Assembly (NCBI GenBank): GCA_965205185.1
Contig: OZ242043.1
Location: forward strand, 661,584-725,583
Source: Dehalococcoidia bacterium
GTDB lineage: Bacteria; Chloroflexota; Dehalococcoidia; Lucifugimonadales; UBA3495
Direction: 5' to 3'
DNA: 64,000 bases
Position 1 is the stretch's first letter. The number at the start of each line of letters is the position of its first letter. Below the pieces are notes generated by a model that was not told where the DNA came from, did no database searches, and saw nothing but the letters and a program-made list of their open reading frames with translations. The translations under genes and the position numbers were made by a program. This document shows, in pieces, positions 17,131-26,007 of the stretch.

Positions 17131-17170
17131 CCCCCACCCTAACCCTCCCCCGGAGGGGGAGGGGATTTTT
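17131..17170. repeat. family-1 palindromic element between gatC and gatA
   Basis: Sequence CCCCCACCCTAACCCTCCCCCGGAGGGGGAGGGGATTTTT. Its orientation would terminate plus-strand transcripts, not the minus-strand gatCA transcript. Confidence 0.85.
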
Positions 17171-17182
17171 GGGAGTCGGGGG

Positions 17183-17473
17183 TTATTCGTCTAGGACGGC
17201 TTTTACTCGGAAGTGGGGGCCTTGGCGGTTGGGGGCGTTGCTTAGGGCGGCTTCGGGGGGTAGGGAGGGGGTGGGGGTGTCGGGGCGCATTACGGCGCGG
17301 AGTTCGCCGGCGTGGGCGGTGGGTTCTATGCCGGTGGTGTCGAGTTCGTTCAGGACTTGGAATTGGTCGATGATGCCGGATAGCTGCTGGGCGTAGGCGT
17401 CTATTTCGGCGTCGGGGATGGCTATGCGGGCTAGGGCGGCGATGTGTTTTATTTGGTCGCGGTCTAGGGACAT
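17183..17473 (-). CDS. gatC: amidotransferase subunit C
   Basis: 96 aa from ATG 17473 (MSLDRDQIKHIAALARIAIPDAEIDAYAQQL..). The longer track ORF start at 17599 is unlikely. Confidence 0.9.
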   Translation of the reverse strand: MSLDRDQIKHIAALARIAIPDAEIDAYAQQLSGIIDQFQVLNELDTTGIEPTAHAGELRAVMRPDTPTPSLPPEAALSNAPNRQGPHFRVKAVLDE

Positions 17474-17690
17474 TGCGGTTCCTCCGTAAGGGTTGGCAAA
17501 TACGGCGGCGGCGGAGTTGAAAGGGCATCCGGCCGGTCTGGGGATATTGCGGTTGCTCCGCGGGGGTTGGCGTGGGGATGTTGGGGGGTAATTTATCATA
17601 TTGGGCGGGATTGGGGGGCGGGGGTTGGGGGGGATGTTGTATTATTCGGGGGGAATTTTTGGGGGCGGCGGGGCGGCCGGGTGATCGGGG

Positions 17691-18995
17691 GTGCCGGGTT
17701 TAGTGTTTGAGCGATTGTTGGGGTGGCGTCTGCGGACTCCTTTTTATTATGGGTGGCTGGTGCTGGGGATTACTTCGTTGGCGACTTTTGCGGCTACCGG
17801 GGTTTCGCAGGTGGTTTTGGGGGGGATCCAGGTTTATGTGATGGAGGATACGGGTTGGGGGGCGGGGACTTTGTCGTATGCGGCGACGGCGGGGACTTGG
17901 TGTTCGGGGCTGATTGCGCCGTTGATCGGGCGGCTGGCGGATCGTTATGGGCCGCGGTGGTTGATGCCGGCGGGGTTGGTGATTGCGGGGGTATGCTTTT
18001 TGCTGCTGTCGGGGGTGGGGTCGGTTTGGCAGTTTTATGGGGCTTATGTGGTGGCGCGGGCGGTGTCGAATCCGGTGCTGATCGGGTTGGTGCCGCGGAC
18101 GGCGGCGGTGAATTTTTTCCGGCGGCGGCGGAATATCGCTTTGGCGATGGTGTCTACTTTCCGTCCGATTGCGGGGGCGATCAATATACAGTTGTTTGCG
18201 CTGATTGCGATTGGCGGGAGCTGGCGGGACGGTTTCCGGTATTTGGGGTGGTTCAGTTTGGCGCTGGTTATTCCGGTGGTGTTGCTGATGCGGCGGCGGC
18301 CGGAGGATATTGGGCTGCTGCCGGACGGGGCGGATGGGGGCGAGGGGGCGTCGGCGTCGGGGGGGCGGGCGGCGTCGGTTGCGGCGGCGGAGGTTAGCTG
18401 GACGGTGGGGGAGGCGGTGCGGACGCGGGCGTTTTGGCTGATTGTGGCTACGGCGTCGGTGGGGACGTTGGCGTCGAGCAGCGTGGGGTTCAGTTTGGTG
18501 CCTTATTTGGTGGAGGAGGCGGGGTTGAGCGTTACGGCGGCGGCGGGGGCGCTTAGTTTCGGGACGGCGCTGTCGATCGCGAATGTGGGGTGGGGGTATT
18601 TGTCGGATCGGTTTACGCCGCGGCGTTGTTTGATGGTGACGATGGCGGGTTCGGGGGCGCTGTTGGGGTATTTGATATGGGTGGATTCGCTGGCGGGGGC
18701 GTTGGGGTTTGCGCTGGTGTGGGGGGTGTTTTCGGGGGCGGTGGGGAGTATGGAGAATATGATGCTGGCGCAGTATTACGGGCGGGATTCTTATGGGTCG
18801 CTGCTGGGGATGTTTGCGCCGTTTCAGACGGCGGCGCTGGGGCTGGGGCCGTCATTGGCGTCGTTGTTGCGGGAGTATTCGGGGGGGTATACGACGTTGT
18901 ATTTGGCGATGGTGGGGGCGTATTTGGTTTCGGGGGGGCTGTTGTATTTGGCGCGGGCGCCGGGGCGGCGGGGGGCGCGGCTGGAGCGGGATTAG
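17691..18995 (+). CDS. MFS transporter
   Basis: 434 aa with about 12 hydrophobic segments, an MFS loop motif GRLADRYGPR and a central charged loop. Confidence 0.85.
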   Translation: MPGLVFERLLGWRLRTPFYYGWLVLGITSLATFAATGVSQVVLGGIQVYVMEDTGWGAGTLSYAATAGTWCSGLIAPLIGRLADRYGPRWLMPAGLVIAGVCFLLLSGVGSVWQFYGAYVVARAVSNPVLIGLVPRTAAVNFFRRRRNIALAMVSTFRPIAGAINIQLFALIAIGGSWRDGFRYLGWFSLALVIPVVLLMRRRPEDIGLLPDGADGGEGASASGGRAASVAAAEVSWTVGEAVRTRAFWLIVATASVGTLASSSVGFSLVPYLVEEAGLSVTAAAGALSFGTALSIANVGWGYLSDRFTPRRCLMVTMAGSGALLGYLIWVDSLAGALGFALVWGVFSGAVGSMENMMLAQYYGRDSYGSLLGMFAPFQTAALGLGPSLASLLREYSGGYTTLYLAMVGAYLVSGGLLYLARAPGRRGARLERD

Positions 18996-19090
18996 CGGGG
19001 GGGTTCGGTTTCGTACAGGAATACTTGGCCGGATTGAACTTGGGGGTTAATTACGCGGTCGTAGCGGACGCCGAAGACGGCGGGGCGGGA

Positions 19091-19537
19091 TTAGCGGGGG
19101 GCTTCGATTTCGTACCAGAATACTTGGCCGGATTCGATTAGGGGTTTTATTTCATCATCGGCGCGGATGCCGAGAATGGCGGGTTTGGCGGGCTTGCCGG
19201 TGAATTGGGTGAGGAGAGCGGCGCTGTGGATGGCGCGGTCGGTGTCGCGGTGGTCGAGGGTGCAGGATGCTTCGATGAGTATGTAGCAGATTTGGTCGCC
19301 GTCGGCGGCTTCGATGATGAAGTCGGCGCTGCGGAAAATTTTGAGTTCAGGGGTGAGGGGGTTGCCTTGGGCGGCGTTGACGGCCATTTGGCGGATTTCG
19401 TCGCGGTCCAGGTTTCGGATGTAGGATAGTCCCAGATCCATTGCGATGTTGGGGGCTTCTCTGGTTAGCTTTTGGTACAAAAATGAACTGGTAATTTTGT
19501 TACCCGTGCTTCTGTAACCCATGCTTTGGTTATCCAT
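19091..19537 (-). CDS. PD-(D/E)XK-fold (restriction-endonuclease-like) hypothetical protein
   Basis: ATG at 19537 (alternatives at 19522 and 19441). The core ADFIIEAADG..YILIEASCTLDHRDTDRAIHSAALL resembles D..ExS/K nuclease-fold families. The upstream part of the track ORF is repeat or low-complexity sequence. Confidence 0.45.
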   Translation of the reverse strand: MDNQSMGYRSTGNKITSSFLYQKLTREAPNIAMDLGLSYIRNLDRDEIRQMAVNAAQGNPLTPELKIFRSADFIIEAADGDQICYILIEASCTLDHRDTDRAIHSAALLTQFTGKPAKPAILGIRADDEIKPLIESGQVFWYEIEAPR

Positions 19538-19694
19538 GCTTTGGAATCCAACCTCCAGGGTGATTCGCCACTCAAGGTCAGTATAGCGCGTTTGGGGTTG
19601 GGGTGTAAAGGGGGGACGGGGACTGATTGACCGGGGGGCGGGTTGACCTAGGGGTGGGGTTGGCTTAGTATCGGGTGGGGGTTGGGGTTTTGGG

Positions 19695-22600
19695 ATGGGG
19701 TTGGGATTTTGGTTTGGTTTTGGGGGGGTTATGGTTTTGGGGATTGGGTTGGATGGGGCTAATTTGGTGGCGGTGGAGTATTTGGGGAAGTTGCTGGAGC
19801 GGCATAGTGATGGCGGGTCGGAGAATGATATTCGGACGGCTTGGCGGGATTTTGTGGTGCGGACGGGGATTGTGGGGGATGAGCGGGAGATCAGCACTGA
19901 GGTGCCGCCGGGGGACGGGTCGGTGCGGCGGGTGGATTTGCGGGTGCGGAATACTTATGTGGAGTTCAAGAAGCAGATTTTTGTTAATGGGGCGGTGGAT
20001 GGGAAGTATGTTGAGCAGTTGGACGGGTATTTGCTTAAGGCTTTGCAGTCGGGTTGGGGGATACGGAACGGGATTCTTACGGATGGGAAGAATTATCTGA
20101 AGCGGGATATAGGGGAGCATATTCTGCCGTTGGTGAAGAATGCGCCGCGGGTTTGGCAGTATGCGGCGCAGGGGCCGAATCTGCGGGAGTATCTGCATGA
20201 TATTATTGCGGCGGAGGGGGAGGGGATTGCGCCGTCGGCGGAGACTTTGACTAAGCATTTGGGGATTGGTAGCGATTTGTTTCGGCAGGCGGCGGCGCTG
20301 TTGACGGATGCGCATAACCGGCATCGGGATAATTCGACGGTGGCGGTGAAGCGGAAGTTGTGGCGGGAATTGCTGGAGGTGGCGCTGGGGCAGGATTCGG
20401 CGGGGGATGCGGAAAGCGCGGATTATTTGTTTATCCGGCATACTTATTTGACGACGGTGGTTTCGTTGATCTTGCAGGCGCATTTCGGGATTGATGTGGC
20501 GGAGGAGGCGTACAAGAATCCGGGGGGGCTGCTGAACGGGGATGCTTTGTATGTGAAGACGGGGCTGAAGGGGGTTATTGAGTCGGATTTGTTTCAGTGG
20601 CCGGGGGAGGTTGGGGAATGGGAGTATGTTCGGGTGATTGCGGGGATGGCGATGCGGTTTGATTGGTCGGGGCGGGCGGAGGAGTTGGCGGCGACGTTGT
20701 ATCAGAATACGATCTTGCCGGAGGAGCGGCGGAAGATGGGGGAGTATTATACGCCGAAGTGGCTGGCGCGGGCGATTGTAGATGAGGTTGTGGGGGATCC
20801 GTTGGGTACGGTGGTGATGGATCCGGCTTGCGGGTCGGGGACTTTTATTGAGTGTATGGCGCAGCGGCTGATTGGGGCGGCGGAGGTTGCGGGGCTGGGA
20901 GCGGGGGAGACGCTGGAGCGGCTTTTGGGGAAGATTGTGGGGATAGATTTGCATCCGGTGGCGGTGCAGTTGGCGAAGGCGACTTGGGTTTTGAGTTGCC
21001 GGGAGGTGATTACGGCGGCGCGGGCGGCGGGGCATCGGGATGATATTACGCCGCCGGTGCGTTTGGGGGATTCGTTGCAATTGCGGTATGATCGGCGGAC
21101 GATTTTCAGCGGGGAGTATATTGTTTTGGCGACTAATGAGTTTTTGGATGGGGAGCGGTTGGTGTTTCAGGTGCCGATGTCGCTGGCGCGGCGGGCGGAT
21201 GTGTTCGGGCGGTTGTTGATGGAGTTGGCGCAGGCGGTGCAGCGGGGGCAGGATGGGGGGCGGGTGTTGGATATTTATGGGGCGGCGGAGGGGGCGGAGC
21301 GGGATGGTATGTCGCGGATTGCGGAGCAGATGGGGCGGCTGCATCGGGAGAATCGGGATCATGTTTGGGCTTATTATTTGCGTAATATGGTGCGGCCGGC
21401 GGTGATTGCGGAGGATAAGGCGGGGGCGATTGTGGGGAATCCGCCGTGGCAGACTTATAGCCGGAGCGCGGATATTGTGCGGGAGGAGTTGGAGAATCTA
21501 TGTAAGGATACTTATGGGATTTGGGCGGGGGGACGGCAGGCGCCGCATCAGGATGTGTCGGCGATGTTTTTTGCGCGGGTTGCGGATTTGTATCTGGAGG
21601 ATGGGGGGGTTATCGGGATGGTGTTGCCGCATAGCGCGTTGCGGACGGGGCAGCACTGGAAATGGCGGGGCGGGTATTGGCAGAGTCAACAAAAGAATAA
21701 TAGGACGGCGATTAGCGTCAATTTCCGGGTTAAGACGCCGTGGGATTTGGATCAGCTGGAGCCTAATACGTTTTTTCCGATGCCTTGTTCGGTGGTTTTT
21801 GCGGAACGGGCGGGGAAGTATTCGGATTTGGCGCAGGGGCGGAAGGATGCTCGGGGGCTGGCGCCGGGTTTGGTGGAGGTTTGGCGGGGGCCGACGGGTA
21901 CGGATCTGGTAGCTAGGGATGTTGAGCCGTTGCATCATGATGATGGGGAGTTTCATTCGCCTTATGCGGGGTTGTCGATGCAGGGGCCGTCCATTGTTGA
22001 CCGGCGTCTGTTTTTCGTTACTGCAAAGCCTAATGAAGGGTTGCTGGCGGTGCCGGATACTTATGTAACCAGTCCGCGAATCGGTGGTCAAGATAAGAAG
22101 CAGTACGATGTATCGGCGCTGGATGGGAATATCGTTCACGATGACAACCTTTTTGATGTGTATTTGGGGGAGTGCATTGCGCCTTATGTTGCGCTTACAC
22201 CGGCAAAGGCGGTGTTGCCGGTTAGCAAGGCTACTATGGTTATGCCGCTGGATCATTCCGATTGCCCGGAGGATGCAAAGACGGGGAAGGTCAAGCATAT
22301 CGCTTGCCGAGTCGATACGCTGGAGTTGGATGCGCGGATGCAGTATCGCTGGCCTGTGATGGAATCGCTTTGGGATGCAAACAAAGGGAAAAATGACGAT
22401 AAATCACTGATTCAAAGACTCAACTTTAACCGCAGTCTTACCACTCAATTGCGCTGGATGCGTCGTATGATGTCTAACCTGGATGAGACTCAGGACATCT
22501 TACCTGTTCGTATTGCGTATGCAGCAGCAGGGCGTCCGACGGCGGCACTTATCGAAAACAACCAAGCCATCATAGATTACAAGTGTTTCCAAGTATCATG

Positions 22601-22931
22601 CAAAAACCTGTCGGAGGCGTACTACTTGTTGGCAATAATCAACAGTATTACTTTAGAAACAAGCGCAATACCATTCAGGCCGAAAGGATTGTTCGGGGAA
22701 CGCGATCTCCAAAAGCATCTTTGGAAGTTGCCGATTCCGGGTTTTGACGGGGCGAATGGGTTGCACGTTAGGTTGTCGGAGTTGGGGATGGCGGCGGCGG
22801 GGGAGGCGCGGGAGTGGTTGGGGGAGTTGGGGGCGGGTCGGGAGCGGGCGGCGCTGCGGGGCGGGTGGCAGCGGGAAAGCCCCACGGCTCGGGGGATTGA
22901 GGTGGGGGTGGGGGAGTTGCTGGGAGGGTGA
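19695..22931 (+). CDS. type IIG/IIL restriction-modification enzyme (MmeI-like: N-terminal nuclease + gamma-class N6-adenine methyltransferase + C-terminal specificity region)
   Basis: N-terminal D-X8-E-X-K motif (RRVDLRVRNTYVEFKK), motif I VVMDPACGSGTF and motif IV IVGNPPWQTY. About 1070 aa. ATG at 19695 or 19731. Confidence 0.85.
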   Translation: MGLGFWFGFGGVMVLGIGLDGANLVAVEYLGKLLERHSDGGSENDIRTAWRDFVVRTGIVGDEREISTEVPPGDGSVRRVDLRVRNTYVEFKKQIFVNGAVDGKYVEQLDGYLLKALQSGWGIRNGILTDGKNYLKRDIGEHILPLVKNAPRVWQYAAQGPNLREYLHDIIAAEGEGIAPSAETLTKHLGIGSDLFRQAAALLTDAHNRHRDNSTVAVKRKLWRELLEVALGQDSAGDAESADYLFIRHTYLTTVVSLILQAHFGIDVAEEAYKNPGGLLNGDALYVKTGLKGVIESDLFQWPGEVGEWEYVRVIAGMAMRFDWSGRAEELAATLYQNTILPEERRKMGEYYTPKWLARAIVDEVVGDPLGTVVMDPACGSGTFIECMAQRLIGAAEVAGLGAGETLERLLGKIVGIDLHPVAVQLAKATWVLSCREVITAARAAGHRDDITPPVRLGDSLQLRYDRRTIFSGEYIVLATNEFLDGERLVFQVPMSLARRADVFGRLLMELAQAVQRGQDGGRVLDIYGAAEGAERDGMSRIAEQMGRLHRENRDHVWAYYLRNMVRPAVIAEDKAGAIVGNPPWQTYSRSADIVREELENLCKDTYGIWAGGRQAPHQDVSAMFFARVADLYLEDGGVIGMVLPHSALRTGQHWKWRGGYWQSQQKNNRTAISVNFRVKTPWDLDQLEPNTFFPMPCSVVFAERAGKYSDLAQGRKDARGLAPGLVEVWRGPTGTDLVARDVEPLHHDDGEFHSPYAGLSMQGPSIVDRRLFFVTAKPNEGLLAVPDTYVTSPRIGGQDKKQYDVSALDGNIVHDDNLFDVYLGECIAPYVALTPAKAVLPVSKATMVMPLDHSDCPEDAKTGKVKHIACRVDTLELDARMQYRWPVMESLWDANKGKNDDKSLIQRLNFNRSLTTQLRWMRRMMSNLDETQDILPVRIAYAAAGRPTAALIENNQAIIDYKCFQVSCKNLSEAYYLLAIINSITLETSAIPFRPKGLFGERDLQKHLWKLPIPGFDGANGLHVRLSELGMAAAGEAREWLGELGAGRERAALRGGWQRESPTARGIEVGVGELLGG

Positions 22932-22940
22932 CGCCGGGTG

Positions 22941-23123
22941 CATCCTTCGACAAGCTCAGGATGAATGGGGGGGGACAGGCTCAGGATGAAATGGGGGTTT
23001 ACCCCCACCCTAACCCTCCCCCTTAGGGGGAGGGGATTTTGGGTTCTTGGGGGTGGGGGATTTTGGAGTTGGGAGCGGGATTTGGGGGGCGCCCAATTCA
23101 TCCTGAGCTTGTCGAAGGATGAA
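22941..23123. repeat. repeat cluster (family 2, family 1, family 2) downstream of the R-M gene
   Basis: Family 2 CATCCTTCGACAAGCTCAGGATGAATG at 22941-22967. Family 1 CCCCCACCCTAACCCTCCCCCTTAGGGGGAGGGGATTTT at 23002-23040. Family 2 TTCATCCTGAGCTTGTCGAAGGATGAA at 23097-23123. Confidence 0.9.
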
Positions 23124-23152
23124 TTGGGGTTGGGTTGGGCTGGGCTGGGGGG

Positions 23153-24001
23153 TTAGTTCATTTCGGAGCCGCCGGATACGCTGATGGATAGGCCGGTTAG
23201 GTAGTCGGATTCGGGGGAGGCTAGGTAGGCGGCGGTTTTGGCGATGTCGGTTGGGTCGGCGATGCGGCCTAGGGGGATGCGTAGGGCGCGGTCGGCGACC
23301 ATGCCGGCGCGGTATTCCTCGGGGGATTCGCCTTGGGGGGCGAGGGCGGCGGCGATGAAGTCGACGCGTTCGGTGTCGACCAGGCCGGGGCAGATGGCGT
23401 TTACGTTGATGCGGTGGGGGGCGAGTTCTTGGGCGAGGGCTTGGGTGAAGCCGATGACGGCGAATTTGGAGGCGCAGTAGGCGGCGTAGCGGGCGATGCC
23501 GCGTTTGCCGGCGCCGGAGGAGATGTTGATGATTTTGCCGCCGCCGCCGCGGGTGGTCATGTGTCGGGCGACGGCGCGGGATGCGAGGTAGGTGCCGCGG
23601 ACGTTGACGCGGATGACTTCGTCGAAGGCGGTTTCGTCGAGTTCGATTACGGGGACGCGGTCTTTGCCGGGGCGGGAGCCGGCGTTGTTGACTAGGATGT
23701 CGATGCGTCCGAATTGGTCTAGGGTTTGGGTGATCATTTGGTCGACTTGGGCGGAGTCGGAGACGTCGGAGAAGATGGGGAGGGATTGTTGGCCGAGTTG
23801 CTGGATTTCTTGGGCGACGGAGGTTAGGCCCTGCCAGCCGGTTTGTTGGTCTTGGGGGCGGATGGCGTTGAGGCTTTGGGGGATGTCGGTGATGGCGAGG
23901 TGGGCGCCTTCGGCGGCGAGGCGGAGGGCGATGGCGCGGCCGATGCCGTGGCGTCCGCCGGCGCCGGTGACGAGGGCGATTTTGTCTTGTAGGTGGTACA
24001 T
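23153..24001 (-). CDS. SDR-family oxidoreductase
   Basis: 282 aa from ATG 24001. It has TGAGGRHGIG, NNAG and the YxxxK motif (YCASK). The 693-aa track ORF is an artefactual extension. Confidence 0.9.
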   Translation of the reverse strand: MYHLQDKIALVTGAGGRHGIGRAIALRLAAEGAHLAITDIPQSLNAIRPQDQQTGWQGLTSVAQEIQQLGQQSLPIFSDVSDSAQVDQMITQTLDQFGRIDILVNNAGSRPGKDRVPVIELDETAFDEVIRVNVRGTYLASRAVARHMTTRGGGGKIINISSGAGKRGIARYAAYCASKFAVIGFTQALAQELAPHRINVNAICPGLVDTERVDFIAAALAPQGESPEEYRAGMVADRALRIPLGRIADPTDIAKTAAYLASPESDYLTGLSISVSGGSEMN

Positions 24002-24036
24002 AGTTTGGTCCTTTTGGGTGGTTTTGGGGGTTGGGG

Positions 24037-24900
24037 TTAGGCGGTTTGGCGGCGTTGGGTGATGGTGGTTGTGGTTTGTTTCCAGGCTAGGGTTAGGATG
24101 AATAGGGTGAAGGCGACGAGGGCCATAACGGGGCCGGAGGGTAGGTTGAAGTAGTAGGAAAGATACAGTCCGGCGATGCCGGATGCAACCCCTAGTAGGG
24201 CGGCGGCGATCATAGCGGTGGGGACGCTGCGGGTGATTTGGAGGGCGGCGGCGGCGGGGGTGATGAGGAGGGAGATGACGAGGATGACGCCGATGGCCTG
24301 GAGGGCGATGACGATGACGAGGGCGAGGATGGTGAGGAGGAGGTATTCGAGTTTGTCGGTGGGGAGTCCGGCGACGGAGGCGCCGGTGGGGTCGAAGTTG
24401 GCGAAGATGAGTTCTTTGTGGAGGGCGGCGAGGGTGAGGAGGACGGCGGCGGCGACGGCGAGGGCGGCGTACATTTCGTTTTGGGAGACGCCGAGGATGT
24501 TGCCGAGGAGGATGTCTTCGATATTGACTTGGATGTTGACGCCCTGGTCGGCGGCGATGCTGATCATGATGATGCCGGCGGCGAAGAGGGCGGCGAAGAG
24601 GATGCCGATGGAGGTGTCTTCGGGGAGGTTGGCGCGTTTGATGAGCCAGCCGCCGGTGAGGGCCATGAAGATGGCCATGGGGATGGCGCCGAGGTAGAGG
24701 ACGACGCCGATGATGGCGGCGGCGACGATGCCGGGGAGTACGGAGTGGGCGAGGCCGTCGCTCATGAAGCCTAGTCCGCGGGTTACTACGTAGATGCCGG
24801 CGATGGGGCACATTATGCCGACGGTGATGGCGATGATTAGGGCGCGGATCATGAAGGCGTATTGGAAGGGGGTGGTTAGGGCTTCGGTTAGGGTTTCCAT
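24037..24900 (-). CDS. metal ABC transporter permease (ABC-3 / ZnuB-MntB family)
   Basis: 287 aa, polytopic. It has a typical N-terminus (FMIRALIIAITVGIMCPIAGIYVVTRGLGFMSDGLAHSVLPG). Confidence 0.9.
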   Translation of the reverse strand: METLTEALTTPFQYAFMIRALIIAITVGIMCPIAGIYVVTRGLGFMSDGLAHSVLPGIVAAAIIGVVLYLGAIPMAIFMALTGGWLIKRANLPEDTSIGILFAALFAAGIIMISIAADQGVNIQVNIEDILLGNILGVSQNEMYAALAVAAAVLLTLAALHKELIFANFDPTGASVAGLPTDKLEYLLLTILALVIVIALQAIGVILVISLLITPAAAALQITRSVPTAMIAAALLGVASGIAGLYLSYYFNLPSGPVMALVAFTLFILTLAWKQTTTTITQRRQTA

Positions 24901-25035
24901 TTTTTGGGCGGCCTCCGGGTGGGGGTTTTGGGTTTTGGGTTGGGGGTCTGGGTTTTGGGGGGTTCACCCCCACCCTAACCCTCCCCCTTAGGGGGAGGGA
25001 ATAAGATCGTAGCGGGAATAATACGATGGCGGGGG

Positions 25036-25866
25036 TTAGGATGGGTTGGAGTTGGGGTTGGGGTGGTGGCCGTGTTGGTCGCCGGCTGGGTGGTGGCCGT
25101 GTTGGTCGCCGGCTAGGTTGTGGCCGTGGGTGGGGATGGCGCCGAAGGGGCCGTATAGTTGGGTGATTAGGGCTTCGGTTAGGACTTCGTGGGGGGGGCC
25201 GCAGGCGCAGACGTTGCAGTTGAGGCAGAGGCATTCGTCGCAGTAGTGGGCCATGTGGTTGAGGTCGTGGGAGGACATCATGATGGTGCGGCCGTCGTCA
25301 CGGAGTTCCATTAGGATGGACATTAGGGCGGATTGGGAGGCTAGGTCGACGCCGCTGAAGGCTTCGTCGAGGAGGATGATGTCGGCTTCTTGGGTTAAGG
25401 CGCGGGCGACGAAGATGCGTTGGCGTTGTCCGCCGGATAGTTCGTAGATTAGGGATTTGCGGCGTTCCCACATACCGACGCGGCGGAGGGCTAGTTCGGC
25501 GGCGGCGCGGTCTTGGCGGTTGGGGAGTCGGAGCCAGCCGGTGCGGCGGATGCGGCCTTGCATGACGACGTCTTGGGCGCTCATGGGGAAGCGGCGGTTG
25601 AGTCTTTCGTATTGTGGGACGTAGGCGACGGCGCCGCGGGTTTGGTTGAGGGGTTTGCCGTGGATGAGGATGCGGCCGGAGGTGGGTTGGGTTAGGGCGG
25701 TGATTACGTTGAAGAGGGTGCTTTTGCCGGCGCCGTTGGGGCCGACGACGCCCATTAGGCAGCCGGGGCCGGCGCTGAAGGTTACTTGGTCGAGGATTCG
25801 GACGCCGCCGAATTCGACGGTTAGGGCTTCGGCGGCTAGGGGTGGGGCGGTGGGGGCGGCAGGCAT
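25036..25866 (-). CDS. metal ABC transporter ATP-binding protein with His-rich C-terminal tail
   Basis: Walker A GPNGAGKST, signature LSGGQRQR and Walker B ILLDEA. The tail NLAGDQHGHHPAGDQHGHHPNPN is encoded by a direct DNA duplication. Confidence 0.9.
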   Translation of the reverse strand: MPAAPTAPPLAAEALTVEFGGVRILDQVTFSAGPGCLMGVVGPNGAGKSTLFNVITALTQPTSGRILIHGKPLNQTRGAVAYVPQYERLNRRFPMSAQDVVMQGRIRRTGWLRLPNRQDRAAAELALRRVGMWERRKSLIYELSGGQRQRIFVARALTQEADIILLDEAFSGVDLASQSALMSILMELRDDGRTIMMSSHDLNHMAHYCDECLCLNCNVCACGPPHEVLTEALITQLYGPFGAIPTHGHNLAGDQHGHHPAGDQHGHHPNPNSNPS

Positions 25867-26007
25867 AGTTATGGCAACCCCTTGGTGGTGGTTGGGGGTA
25901 TTTGTGCGCTGGCGGCCGCCGGCAGGGGCGGCGGGGCGGGTGGGTTATGGCGATGTCGGGGTGATGTGGGCGCCGGCCGGGGCTTGCCGGCCGGCGCCGC
26001 CGATGGG

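Noticed and set aside
23153-25234. The 693-aa track ORF as one gene
   Set aside because: Only the last 282 codons (from ATG 24001) form an SDR. The upstream part is the antisense reading of the ABC permease gene.
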